Notes under the pieces: generated by a model | Databases searched by the model: none | What the model was told of the DNA's origin: nothing | Seen by the model: the letters and a program-made list of their open reading frames with translations, nothing else | From: Candidatus Thorarchaeota archaeon | GTDB lineage: Archaea > Asgardarchaeota > Thorarchaeia > Thorarchaeales > Thorarchaeaceae | Assembly: GCA_048882485.1 (NCBI GenBank) | Contig: JBHLRP010000001.1 | Span: 224,001-288,000, forward strand | Reading direction: 5' to 3' | DNA: 64,000 nucleotides | In this document: positions 47,307-57,585 of the stretch, one piece after another | Layout: the number at the start of each line of letters is the position of its first letter | How positions within the stretch are numbered: position 1 is the first letter of the stretch | Position numbers and translations under genes: made by a program

Positions 47307-49646
47307 ATGAATAGCAGGTTGCAGGCCCTGCGGGACAAAATGGTGGGCACAGTCCCCAGTATTTCGATAATTAGGACCAAGCTATTTACTGAATCTATGA
47401 AGCAGACTGAGGGTGAACCCGCAATAGTGCGACAGGCAAAAGCACTTGCCAATGTATTGCAAAACATGCCGATTGAGATCCTTCTCCATGAGCTGGTAGT
47501 TGGCAAAATAGTCGAGAATGTTCCAGGAGCAACAATTTATCCTGAAGCACATGGAACGAGGGTGTTTCCAGAGCTAGAGGATTTGCGGACACGTGAACCA
47601 AAAGCTTACTCGATTTCTGATGATTCCATCAACATGCTGATGGAGGAGGTTGAACCCTATTGGGCTGAGAGGTCTCTCCTCGCACATGTAGAGAAATCTA
47701 CTCCTCCTCATGTAATTGACACTCTTTATTCTGGTGCAGCTTTTGTACTGACTGAGTTGGCTGGTTATGGCCATGTAAGCATTAACTACCCACTGCTCTT
47801 TTCGAAGGGGTTCGACGAGATAGCGAATGAGTCTCGGGAGAGGCTGAAACACGAGTCAGGCGACAAGGGACAGTTCTATAAGGCTACATCCATCGTGGCT
47901 GATGCTCTCGTGGAATACGCGAACCGATATGCATTACTTGCCCAGCAACTTTCTGAAGAAGAAGACAATCCTGAGAGAAGATCAGAGCTTGAGAGCATAG
48001 CTGAAGCATGTAGGTGGGTTCCTGCAAAACCTCCGCGCACTTTGCATGAGGCTATTCAATTCATTAGATTCACCCACTTAGCACTCAGCTTGGAAACCTA
48101 TGACGGGCAGGCACTGTCTCTCGGAAGAATAGATCAATATCTCTATCCTTTCTATAGGAAGGATTTAGACTCTGGAGATTTAGATACTGAAGGTGCGCGA
48201 GAGCTAATTGAGAGCTTATGGATTAAGCTCAACGAGCAGGTGCCACTGTTCGATGAATTAGTCGCCCTGTATTTTGAAGGTCTTCTTACTGCAAAAGCCG
48301 CCACTATTGGAGGGAGGCAACCGGATGGCTCCGATGCCACAAATGAATTGACCTACCTTGTCTTGGAAGCTACAAGGCGAGTTGCCCTGCCTGTTCCGAA
48401 TGTTCATGTTCGAATTCATAGTGAAACTCCAGATGCCTTACTGTCAGCTATTGTTTCAACAGTTGAGTCGGGAGTCAACAACATTGCTCTGTTCAATGAT
48501 GATGTTATAATCAAGTCAATGGAGAGGAAAGGTGTTTCAAAGGAAGATGCCAGGAATTACGCGACAATTGGCTGTGTAGAGCTTGCTCCATTTGGAAATA
48601 GCTTCACCTCATCAGATGCAGCTCTCTTCAATATCGCCTTATGTCTTGAACTTGCGTTGAACAATGGTGAAGCTGTTCATCTAGGTCAGCATCTTGGGAC
48701 AGAGACCGGCGATGCAACCGAATATACTTCAATGGATGAGGTCATTCAAGCATTTAGGAAACAGGTTTCATTTCTTGTTGCACAAATGGCTGAGGGATCG
48801 AACTACTTCGAAAAGGGGAATATGGACTGCAAGCCGACTCCATTGCTCTCGCTGTGTGTTGAGGGATGCTTTCAGAAGGGTGCAGACATCACAACTGGAT
48901 CTGCGAAGTACAACTTCACTGGGGTTCAGGGTGTAGGCATGGCCACAGTCGCTGATTCACTTGCAGCTATTGATCTATTGGTATTCGGAGAAAAGCAGAT
49001 GTCAATGGCCGAGCTTGTAGATGGTCTTCGGAAGGGACTGGAGAAGAATGAGCCTCTCAAGCAGCTACTCCAAAACCGAGGTCCCAAATACGGTAATGAT
49101 GACGAGTTGGCAGACGAATATGCAAAGCTTGTTTCCAGAATCTACAGTGAAGAAGTTGAGAAGCACTCCAATGTGAGGGGCGGCTCTTTCATACCAGGAA
49201 TGTATTCAGTTTCAACACATGTGCCATTCGGTTATATGACGGGCGCGCTCCCCAGTGGCAGAGTGGAGGGGACTCCCCTCAGCAATGGTGCCTCTCCAGC
49301 CGTTGGGTCTACAAGAAAAGGTCCAACTGCTGCCATGACTTCAACTTCGAAAGTTGACTATACGCTGTATCCTAATGGTATCGCATTCACATTGTCTATT
49401 GACCCAGCCATGGCTTCGGGAGGGGGCGCTGAGATTCTCACATCGCTAATACGGTCGTATGTGGAATTGGGAGGCATGCAGATCCAATTCAATATGACCG
49501 ATGTGAACACTCTTCTGAGCGCTCAGAAGAATCCGGATGCTCACCGTGACCTGTTGGTGAGAGTTGCGGGGTATAGCGCGTATTTCACTGACTTGGGCCC
49601 AGACTTGCAGGAAGAAGTGATAGGAAGATTTCAGAGGTCAAGCTAA
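47307..49646 (+). CDS. Glycyl radical enzyme (PFL2/PflD-like family)
   Basis: Cys loop GCVE, glycyl loop VRVAGYS, GRIDQYL, KYGND, GALPSGR, QIQFN. Confidence 0.93.
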   Translation: MNSRLQALRDKMVGTVPSISIIRTKLFTESMKQTEGEPAIVRQAKALANVLQNMPIEILLHELVVGKIVENVPGATIYPEAHGTRVFPELEDLRTREPKAYSISDDSINMLMEEVEPYWAERSLLAHVEKSTPPHVIDTLYSGAAFVLTELAGYGHVSINYPLLFSKGFDEIANESRERLKHESGDKGQFYKATSIVADALVEYANRYALLAQQLSEEEDNPERRSELESIAEACRWVPAKPPRTLHEAIQFIRFTHLALSLETYDGQALSLGRIDQYLYPFYRKDLDSGDLDTEGARELIESLWIKLNEQVPLFDELVALYFEGLLTAKAATIGGRQPDGSDATNELTYLVLEATRRVALPVPNVHVRIHSETPDALLSAIVSTVESGVNNIALFNDDVIIKSMERKGVSKEDARNYATIGCVELAPFGNSFTSSDAALFNIALCLELALNNGEAVHLGQHLGTETGDATEYTSMDEVIQAFRKQVSFLVAQMAEGSNYFEKGNMDCKPTPLLSLCVEGCFQKGADITTGSAKYNFTGVQGVGMATVADSLAAIDLLVFGEKQMSMAELVDGLRKGLEKNEPLKQLLQNRGPKYGNDDELADEYAKLVSRIYSEEVEKHSNVRGGSFIPGMYSVSTHVPFGYMTGALPSGRVEGTPLSNGASPAVGSTRKGPTAAMTSTSKVDYTLYPNGIAFTLSIDPAMASGGGAEILTSLIRSYVELGGMQIQFNMTDVNTLLSAQKNPDAHRDLLVRVAGYSAYFTDLGPDLQEEVIGRFQRSS

Positions 49647-50680
49647 AACCGCTTCCTCTGCTTGGGATATGCGCTAAACGGTGCTCTGGGAGACTGACTC
49701 ACCCAATCCTTCGCGTCATCAATCCGAGTCAGGGAGCGAAGAATGTCAAATGTGATCCATCGAGTTGCCTCAGGCCGAGGCTGATATTCCCAGAGGCCAT
49801 AGAGTCCCTGCTGCTCCTCAAACCATTTCATGAGATCTTTCACTCGTTCATCATTCCTATCTGCTCCAATCCTCCATGATAAATCCAGAATTAATGCAGG
49901 ATCGAATCGTGCGTGGTATGTGAAATGTCCACGATGTTGTTCGAATCCGACTAGACGGGCTACATTTAGGCCCAACGTCTTCCTGTTTCTAGTTTCTCTA
50001 CCTAGGAGAAGGTCCAGCGCCCGTTTTGCTTCGGGACTTGACCTTCTGGAGGGGTGATACGCAAGAGCGGTAAGTGCGAGGGTTGTATTTGTCCGGCAAG
50101 CCCAGTCAGAGTGAGGCATCCTCCGATAGCCTGCCCTATAGCCGAGTACTTCTCCCACCTTTCCTGTTGGCCACGCCCCATCATCAAGTCGTTGGTCAAT
50201 GAGCCACTCGTAGGCTAGCTCTGCTCTCTTATCCGTTGCATAGCCTGCAGCTGCGATGCCTAGCAATGGAATGGAAGTCTGCAGGGGCACCATCGTGTAG
50301 ACACCTCCATCAAGACTGCTACCATCATATGTCTGAGGAATTGCCCAAGACCCATCTTTCCTTTGCATTGAAAAGATGTATTCAACACCTCGTTTCATAG
50401 CGGGATGGTCATGAGTAAGCCCGATGTAGCCAAGTCTTTGGAGCGCAAATGATGTCGACCGGACTCTTTCCTTGATTTCAGAGCCTCCAAGGTCAGTGTT
50501 CTTCCAAGACCCGTCACTACCCTGCTTTTTCAGGAGATTCGCCACCAGGGGATCTTGCACAATTAGCTCATCTAGCTCCATGACTTCGGAGTCGTCATTG
50601 GGACGATTGAGGAGTTCTTTGAGCACAAGTCTTCGCAGACTTGGTGACCTGTCAGCTAACAGAAGTGGAATCCAGGTCAT
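49643..50680 (-). CDS. Prenyltransferase/squalene-cyclase-fold (QW-repeat) protein of unknown function
   Basis: QGSDGSW, QRKDGSW, QRLDDGAW and QQGLYGLW repeats. No obvious catalytic DxDD. ATG 50680 overlaps the uvrA stop (ATGA). Confidence 0.8.
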   Translation of the reverse strand: MTWIPLLLADRSPSLRRLVLKELLNRPNDDSEVMELDELIVQDPLVANLLKKQGSDGSWKNTDLGGSEIKERVRSTSFALQRLGYIGLTHDHPAMKRGVEYIFSMQRKDGSWAIPQTYDGSSLDGGVYTMVPLQTSIPLLGIAAAGYATDKRAELAYEWLIDQRLDDGAWPTGKVGEVLGYRAGYRRMPHSDWACRTNTTLALTALAYHPSRRSSPEAKRALDLLLGRETRNRKTLGLNVARLVGFEQHRGHFTYHARFDPALILDLSWRIGADRNDERVKDLMKWFEEQQGLYGLWEYQPRPEATRWITFDILRSLTRIDDAKDWVSQSPRAPFSAYPKQRKRF

Positions 50681-53600
50681 GACGCTCCCTCCAAAACTTC
50701 TCTCAAGTACGGCGCAGTAGGAGTGTCCATACCTGCGACCTCCTTGGGAGTCCCAGTGGCTATCACCCTTCCTCCTTTCGGTCCTCCGACAGGGCCCAGC
50801 TCCAACAACCAATCACAGGCAGCTAGAACATTCGGATGATGCTCTACTACAATGACTGTGTTGCCTTCTGAAACAAGCCGCTGCAATACGCCAATTAGAC
50901 GGTCGACATCCTCTAAGTGCTGACCAACAGTAGGCTCATCTATGATATAGAGGGCTGAAGACGAGTTCTTTTTAGAGAGCTCCTGTGCTATCTTGAGCCT
51001 CTGTATTTCCCCGCCTGAGAGTGTCACACTTGGTTGTCTGAGAACCAAGTAATCTAGCCCAACCTCTAGTGCAGTTTCCAACTTCCTTGATACCCTGTCA
51101 TCATCATTGAACAACTTGTAGAGCTGACCGAGAGTCATGTCATTGAGTTCAGGCAATGAAATCCCCTTGACTCTAACATCCCATGCCTCTGGAGACCTCC
51201 CGGTCCCTTTACAGGTTTCACAGGGTGCAAATACATCCGGAAGGAATCCCATCACAGTTCTAATTCGCCCTTGACCTTCGCATACTGTGCACGGCGTGCT
51301 GAGGCTCTTGTAATCTAATCCCAATGCTTCTGCATCCTCGCTCTCGGCATATATCTGAACAAGGGGCTTGAATAGGTCAAGAGCATATCCAGGACTCCGA
51401 ATGCCCTTCCGCCCTTGGTCTAGCATCACAACTCTCTCTGGGCTCCCTGTAATCGATTCGTGTTCTCCTGGCTCAAGTGGTACATATGATACGCTGGTGG
51501 TGAATTTCGTCGGTGCAAGGGCCCTTCCTATGGTGTCTACCATCAATGTACTCTTGCCAGAGCCAGAAGTTCCGCATATTCCAATAAGCAAGCCCAAGGG
51601 GAACTCTATTGTGAGGTTCTTGAGATTGTTTGCTTTAGCTCCCTTGATTTTCATCCAAGCAATTGGTTTTCGAGTCCCATCGGCAATAGAAGGCGCCCTG
51701 TCACCTCGGAGCCATCTCGCTGTAATTGTATCCATCTTCATCAATTCAGGGAGTGTTCCACTGGCGACTACTTTTCCACCTGATTCACCCGACTTGGGCC
51801 CCATATCAACAAGGATGTCTGCTGCCTTGATGACACCTAGGTCATGTTCTACGACGATAACCGAATGCCCCTCATCCCGGAGCTCTTGCAGAGCATCAAC
51901 AAGTGCATCTACCTCAGAAGGATGCATTCCTCGCGTTGGTTCGTCGAGTAGGACAGTCAGAGATGTGAGACCGCTGCCCAACAATGATGAGAGAATAACT
52001 CTTTGAGACTCACCAGCGGACAGTGTGTTTGCTTCTCGATTGAGGTGAAGATATCCAAGACCTACTTTCTCCAGAAAGCCAAGCCTCTTGATTATCTTCT
52101 CAAGGCTGCTTCTGGCAATCTCACCCTTCTTCGTTAGCTTGATGACTCCAAGAATCCGCTTCAATTCGGAAATGGGAACTCCATTCAGTTCGTTAATGCT
52201 ATGGCCTCTCAACTTGATAGTGCGGTACTTCTGACGTAGGCCGCTCCCATCACACTCTTCACAGTGTTCTCTTCTTGTATATGTACCGCCAACATCCCAA
52301 TCGCTAACCCAACGGTAGAAACCACTCCAATGCCCCTTCGACTTGACCTCCAGCCGCTTTCCTCTGCGGGTTCCCATGTACGTGATGTCGAGGGGCTCTG
52401 GATTTGGATCACCGTACAGGAAGACATTTTGCACATGTTCCGGTATCTCATTCCAAGGCGTCCTTTTGGGGTCAAATCCGTATCGTTCCCCAAGAGCATC
52501 GAGCGCGCCTCCAGCCCAGCTTGTTGGTGTGCAGAAATAGCCTCTTGGGAAGTAGCCTGGAGAATACATTGCTCCAGCGCAGATGGGCTTGTCAGAATGG
52601 ATTATTAGCTTCTCCGGAATTGGCACTTGACGATGCCCAACGCCACTGCAAGTCACGCAAGCGGATGTGTATGTTCTCGAGGAGAAATCTTTTGGCCTCA
52701 ACAAAGGGACTTGCGTTCCACAAGCAGGACACTCCAATGTTTCACCTCGTTTCATTGTCTTGCCGCATTTCTCACAAGGGACTTTCCCGATTGTGGCAAA
52801 CAATGCTGCAAGATGATTGGATACCTCAGTAACAATTCCGACGGTTGTCCTAACTGCATAGACTGACCACCATCCCGCGCCTCTTCGTCGCCGAGATGTG
52901 ATAGAGATAGTGACGCCAAGTCCGTTGACTGATTCAACGGGCGCCCCTGGGCCCTCCTTTATTCCTTGCCTCTCATATAGCGACAAGGATTCGTAGTACC
53001 TCCGCTCTGCCTCCGCCTGCAGAACATCCCTGACCAATGAGCTCTTTCCGGACCCTGAAGGACCAGTCACGACAGTGAGTTTTCCCTTAGGAATGTCCAA
53101 ACTGACATCCTTCAGGTTGTTTGCAGAAGCCTTCTTCACTCTGATGTAGTCCGACACATGACTGCTCTTTTCAGGAGTTTCTCTTGGTGTAAGCTTACGC
53201 TCATCTCTTAGCGCTTTTGCGGTCAATGATGTCTTGACCTTGCCGAGTTCCTCTGGTGCACCTTCAAACAGCAACTCTCCACCATCTGGACCTGCACCAA
53301 TTCCAAGATCAATGATCCAGTCGGCTGAACGGACAATATCCAGATTATGTTCAACGACAACAATCGTGGCACCAGCCTCAACGAGAGTACCGAGAACACT
53401 TAGAAGTCCATGAAGGTCTGCAGCTGAGAGACCGGTCGAAGGCTCATCAAGGATTAACAGGTTCTCTGAGAGTCCTCTCTTTCCCAGGAACTTCGCTAAC
53501 TTCACTCTTTGTGATTCACCACCTGAGAGTTGGGGAGATGGTTGTCCAAGCTTTAGGTATCCAAGTCCTATTGTGACAAGCGCTCCAAGAATCCTCTTTG

Positions 53601-55569
53601 CTGAACGCCTCTTGTTTAGTGGGAGTCGTTCGTCTTGAGCCAGGAGCTGTTGTACTTCCCGGATCGAGAGCTGATAGAAGCCAGCTATTGTCAGAACCTT
53701 GCTTCCAAAATTCACTTTGGTTTCAAGGACTTCAGGATTGAAACGTTTGCCTTCGCACGCCGAGCAAGTGATCCAAATGGAAGGAAGATAGCGCATCTTG
53801 ACTTCTACGGCGCCCATCCCCTTGCATGCTGGACACCTGCCTTCAGGTCTGTTGAATGAGAAGTGTGATGCCGATAGCTCAGATTCAGATGCATAGAGGT
53901 CTCTTACTATGTCTGACAGTTTTGTGTACGTCGCCGGGTTTGACCTAGGATTTCGTCCTACGGGCTTCTGATCCACAAGAACGGGTTTCAGCTTCTCACC
54001 ATCAATCTCAGCGCATCCAACGGGCTCTTTCTGTTCTAGCGATGGAACAAGTACATGTTCCACAAGGGTGCTCTTCCCTGAGCCAGACACACCCGAAATG
54101 ACGGTCAAGCGTTCTAGTGGGATGCGGACATCAATACCCTTGAGATTATGCTTGGTTGCGTTCCTAATAGTGAGGAACCTACTCGGGGGAGTCCGCTCGC
54201 GCCTAATTGGAACACTCTCATGCAGACTGAAGTATCTCCCCGATGTAGTGTTTGCCTCCCACAATTCTGCAGGCGTGCCTGTGAATATTATCTCGCCGCC
54301 GTTCTCGCCCGCTGCTGGACCTATGTCTATTGCTCGATCCGCCTCAGCGGCCGCTAATCGGTCATGTTCAACATAAATGACAGGACCAGGAAGTTCTCTG
54401 AATGCTGGAAGAAGTCTCTTGATATCAGCAGCGCTCTGCCCTATAGTTGGCTCATCTAAAAGGTGCACCACATCTTCCAATTTGTTGGTCAGCGATATAG
54501 CCAAACGAACTCTTTGACTCTCACCTCGAGAAAGACTAGGAGCCGGTCGATTTAGCTGTATGTAGCCGAGTCCCACTCTAAGGAGAGCATCGAGTCTTTT
54601 CACAATCTCAAGCTTTAGTCTATTGGCAGTCGATGGCAAAACAGCATTCCTGAAAACCTTCCTAGCCTCATCGACCGTGAGCGCCATCAGTTCGCCGAAA
54701 CCGTGACCCTCCCATTTGACCATGGCAGCCTCAGAGTGCATTCCAGTGTAATGGCACACTTCACATCCTTCACCGCCACATTCAGTACACTTCATTCGGA
54801 AGTGCTTTGGCTCTAGTTCTTCAATCCACTTGCCACATTCACTGCACTCACCAGTTCTAGAGAGTCCAATTTCCCCGGCTTTTGACCGAATAGCAACTGA
54901 ATTTGCGCCAAGAGCTGAGGCAATCTCTACGCTCTCACGAATCTGTTTTCTCGTTGCTTTTCCAGTGTATCTCCCTATAATGACCGATACATCATGCTCC
55001 AGTGAAGGAGCCAACGCTTGCCTTTTCCATGGTTTGCCGTCAACTAGTAATGATTCTGCGCCAAACTCCTTGTCAAGGAGACTCAACAGAGTGGAGTGTC
55101 CGCCTACAACTCGTCTCATCAAGGGTGCGGTGAGAATAATCCCTTCTTTCTTTGCTAGTTTCTGAATTCTCTCAACTATCTCGTCTTCTGTCATCCTCGA
55201 TAGTGATGCTCCACACTGAGCACAGAATCTGGTTCCGAATCTCGTGTATAACAGCCTTAGGAATGGATGAATTCCTGAAGCAGATGCCAACGTGGAAAGC
55301 GGATTTCGATTCAACAGATTCTGCCCAACTGCCACTGTCGGACCAATGCCAGTGATTGAATCAACATTTGCAGGTGCAAGTCGGACAGTGGAGCGACCGG
55401 CATTAAACACCTCAAGAAATCTCCGACGAGCCTCGTGATACATCGTGTCGAAAACAAGAGAGGTTTTCCCTGATCCACTAATCCCAGTAACTACCGTCAA
55501 GCCGTCGCCTATATCAACACTCACATCTTTGAGGTTGTTCTCTCGGGCTCGCCGGATTCTAATATCCAT
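50677..55569 (-). CDS. uvrA: Tandem-duplicated UvrA-family ABC ATPase (four nucleotide-binding sites)
   Basis: Four Walker A (GISGSGKT, GVSGSGKS, GPSGSGKS, GTSGSGKS), four signatures (LSRGE, LSGGE, LSAGE, LSGGE), four DEP Walker B, GRNPRSNPATY, FSFN..EGRC..C.G.G zinc finger. Confidence 0.93.
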   Translation of the reverse strand: MDIRIRRARENNLKDVSVDIGDGLTVVTGISGSGKTSLVFDTMYHEARRRFLEVFNAGRSTVRLAPANVDSITGIGPTVAVGQNLLNRNPLSTLASASGIHPFLRLLYTRFGTRFCAQCGASLSRMTEDEIVERIQKLAKKEGIILTAPLMRRVVGGHSTLLSLLDKEFGAESLLVDGKPWKRQALAPSLEHDVSVIIGRYTGKATRKQIRESVEIASALGANSVAIRSKAGEIGLSRTGECSECGKWIEELEPKHFRMKCTECGGEGCEVCHYTGMHSEAAMVKWEGHGFGELMALTVDEARKVFRNAVLPSTANRLKLEIVKRLDALLRVGLGYIQLNRPAPSLSRGESQRVRLAISLTNKLEDVVHLLDEPTIGQSAADIKRLLPAFRELPGPVIYVEHDRLAAAEADRAIDIGPAAGENGGEIIFTGTPAELWEANTTSGRYFSLHESVPIRRERTPPSRFLTIRNATKHNLKGIDVRIPLERLTVISGVSGSGKSTLVEHVLVPSLEQKEPVGCAEIDGEKLKPVLVDQKPVGRNPRSNPATYTKLSDIVRDLYASESELSASHFSFNRPEGRCPACKGMGAVEVKMRYLPSIWITCSACEGKRFNPEVLETKVNFGSKVLTIAGFYQLSIREVQQLLAQDERLPLNKRRSAKRILGALVTIGLGYLKLGQPSPQLSGGESQRVKLAKFLGKRGLSENLLILDEPSTGLSAADLHGLLSVLGTLVEAGATIVVVEHNLDIVRSADWIIDLGIGAGPDGGELLFEGAPEELGKVKTSLTAKALRDERKLTPRETPEKSSHVSDYIRVKKASANNLKDVSLDIPKGKLTVVTGPSGSGKSSLVRDVLQAEAERRYYESLSLYERQGIKEGPGAPVESVNGLGVTISITSRRRRGAGWWSVYAVRTTVGIVTEVSNHLAALFATIGKVPCEKCGKTMKRGETLECPACGTQVPLLRPKDFSSRTYTSACVTCSGVGHRQVPIPEKLIIHSDKPICAGAMYSPGYFPRGYFCTPTSWAGGALDALGERYGFDPKRTPWNEIPEHVQNVFLYGDPNPEPLDITYMGTRRGKRLEVKSKGHWSGFYRWVSDWDVGGTYTRREHCEECDGSGLRQKYRTIKLRGHSINELNGVPISELKRILGVIKLTKKGEIARSSLEKIIKRLGFLEKVGLGYLHLNREANTLSAGESQRVILSSLLGSGLTSLTVLLDEPTRGMHPSEVDALVDALQELRDEGHSVIVVEHDLGVIKAADILVDMGPKSGESGGKVVASGTLPELMKMDTITARWLRGDRAPSIADGTRKPIAWMKIKGAKANNLKNLTIEFPLGLLIGICGTSGSGKSTLMVDTIGRALAPTKFTTSVSYVPLEPGEHESITGSPERVVMLDQGRKGIRSPGYALDLFKPLVQIYAESEDAEALGLDYKSLSTPCTVCEGQGRIRTVMGFLPDVFAPCETCKGTGRSPEAWDVRVKGISLPELNDMTLGQLYKLFNDDDRVSRKLETALEVGLDYLVLRQPSVTLSGGEIQRLKIAQELSKKNSSSALYIIDEPTVGQHLEDVDRLIGVLQRLVSEGNTVIVVEHHPNVLAACDWLLELGPVGGPKGGRVIATGTPKEVAGMDTPTAPYLREVLEGAS

Positions 55570-55689
55570 ACCTTGACACCATTGTCTAGTTCATTGCGGG
55601 ATGACTGGCTTATATCCTATGATTTGTTTAGCTCTCTCAGTCTCTCCGAGTTCAGCAATGCCATGTGAGGGAATTTGGATTAGCAATCT

Positions 55690-56904
55690 CTACACGCTCT
55701 CTGCGAGTGCGTTCATCGTTCTGGTTTCCTTTTCGCTGATTTGCTTTAGAAGATCGCAGACTGGCTTGATGAACTCGGAATACTCTGATATCTCATTCTT
55801 TGCAGCTTCGTCCATCAGACTTGGCACCTTATCGGCCTTCTCTCGGACTTTGTCCAACATCTTCAATCCTTTTTTCTCAAGTATCTCATTGTTCGACCAC
55901 TGAATCTCCCTCAATTCAGCTAGAGCAGGATATTCATCAGGCAGAAGCCCATTCGCGACATCTCTCCACATCTTAACTATTTCCCTGAACTCCTGTGCTG
56001 CTCTCAACATTGGATCACTATTCATGAGTTCACCAGCCTCCTGCAGGAAGTCAGAGTATATCTGACGGAATATCGCCCCACCGGACCCTCCAGTTTCAAT
56101 GTAAACAAAGTGCATTACAAGTGCATGGATGAGGTCTCTTTGATTCGGGAACATCTTCGGATATTTGACAAGCTCCTTACTCCATCTTGCAATTCCTTTC
56201 ACCCCGACATTGGAGATTGGGGGATTGAGTAGTGCATCTGCATTCTCTCGTATTGCATGAGGGATTATGTTCTCAAGAGGGGTGAGAGTTTCTGGAAAGG
56301 AAAAGCGTGCCATTTGGTTCATAGCTGGAAAGGGAGGATATTCTGATGCTCGTGCTTTTTGCAATTGAGTTAGAGCCATCTCTGCAGTTCCATGAAACCT
56401 ATCTGAGATGTAGGCTTTGTCGTTCGGTTCATCGATACCATAAACAAGGAAATTGTGTTCACCGAAATGGTCGTCTTCGCCAGTCAATAGATGGTCAAGA
56501 TAGGCCATGTCAACACAGACCAGGCCCGGTTGGTTCTCCTTGAGGGTTTCTTTGAGAAAGATATGCGCCTTCTTCACACTCTTTGTCAGAATCGACTCGA
56601 AGTCTCCTCCCAGTCTTTTCGCAGCTTTTCCGAGAATGCCTGGAAACTTCCTACAGTCGGACCTATTCATTCCTCCTACAATAGGATAAGGCATTATCTT
56701 CATGAACCAATAGATGAATCCCATTCCCGCTGAGATTCCAACTAGCATCGGTTCACTAATCTCATGTCCAAGATGATTCATAAGTCGAACCATAGCACTA
56801 GTCTGGCAGTTCTTTCCATCGCCAAAGTGCTTGAAATCAAGGACAATTCGTTCATCTCCTATGCCAGCCGGCTTGAACTCCTTCTTCTTACTCATACCAC
56901 TCAC
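55690..56904 (-). CDS. BtrH N-terminal/DUF4872-like protein (papain-like Cys-His-Asp fold)
   Basis: NCQTSA..RL (Cys), SEPML.G...G.GF.Y, VDMAYL, HFGEH..LVYGID (His), YISD (Asp), GSGG..FR..Y..FL.EA. Confidence 0.8.
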   Translation of the reverse strand: MSGMSKKKEFKPAGIGDERIVLDFKHFGDGKNCQTSAMVRLMNHLGHEISEPMLVGISAGMGFIYWFMKIMPYPIVGGMNRSDCRKFPGILGKAAKRLGGDFESILTKSVKKAHIFLKETLKENQPGLVCVDMAYLDHLLTGEDDHFGEHNFLVYGIDEPNDKAYISDRFHGTAEMALTQLQKARASEYPPFPAMNQMARFSFPETLTPLENIIPHAIRENADALLNPPISNVGVKGIARWSKELVKYPKMFPNQRDLIHALVMHFVYIETGGSGGAIFRQIYSDFLQEAGELMNSDPMLRAAQEFREIVKMWRDVANGLLPDEYPALAELREIQWSNNEILEKKGLKMLDKVREKADKVPSLMDEAAKNEISEYSEFIKPVCDLLKQISEKETRTMNALAESV

Positions 56905-57569
56905 CTTTTGCTATCTCGAAACAGAAACTCTGCTTCATCTTTCTCTATCATCCCCACCAGATCTTGTAGCCACTTCTTCTCACACTTCAGTCTGACATAC
57001 GGTCTCTCAAACAAGGCTAGAACTACTCCCAAATGAGCATCTGCCGGAATTTGAGATGCCTTTACTCCCCCCACGATTCGGCTAGGATCAGATTCACGTA
57101 TCTTGTCAATGTTCTTGATGGCCTCAGCATGACTTCCAAGAAAGCGGAGTTGCTCATTTAGATTGACCAATCGCTTCTTGAGAGAATCCACAGCCTCTTC
57201 TTTTGTGAGCTGATAGATGGCTGACATACCTAAGTCGAATAGACTATTTGCCTTTGGTGGATTGACCAAGCATTGCACAACTTGATTTCGCAGCAACCTA
57301 GCGCCTATCCTCGTAATGGAGTATGTCTTTTTGGATGGCTGCAATTTCTCGTCAGATTTCTGCCCCTTGATCAGCCCCTTTGCCTCAAGTTCCTTTAGAG
57401 CCTTGTATATCGATGAGAATTTGATGTCTACCCAGTTTCGATATCCTCGCTCTTCGAGGATTTGGTTTATCTCATAGCCGTATTTTGCTCCTGCTCCAAT
57501 TAGAGAAAGCACAGCGAGATAAGTCGAAGGCAATAGGTCTGGCTTTTGGGGATTAGATTTCTGTACCAT
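56901..57569 (-). CDS. PadR-family transcriptional regulator
   Basis: KYGYEI, SSIYKALKELEAKGLI, PSKKTYSIT.IG, C-terminal helical dimerisation domain. The stop overlaps the BtrH-like start. Confidence 0.92.
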   Translation of the reverse strand: MVQKSNPQKPDLLPSTYLAVLSLIGAGAKYGYEINQILEERGYRNWVDIKFSSIYKALKELEAKGLIKGQKSDEKLQPSKKTYSITRIGARLLRNQVVQCLVNPPKANSLFDLGMSAIYQLTKEEAVDSLKKRLVNLNEQLRFLGSHAEAIKNIDKIRESDPSRIVGGVKASQIPADAHLGVVLALFERPYVRLKCEKKWLQDLVGMIEKDEAEFLFRDSKR

Positions 57570-57585
57570 GGAATCAATCCTGTGG

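Noticed and set aside
47307-49646. Canonical pyruvate formate-lyase (pflB) assignment
   Set aside because: It has a single active-site Cys (GCVE), not the adjacent Cys-Cys pair of PFL.
49643-50680. Squalene-hopene cyclase assignment
   Set aside because: At about 345 aa it has only one barrel and no evident DxDD motif.
51368-52006. 212-aa and other antisense ORFs overlapping uvrA and other long genes
   Set aside because: These are shadow frames of well-supported opposite-strand genes.
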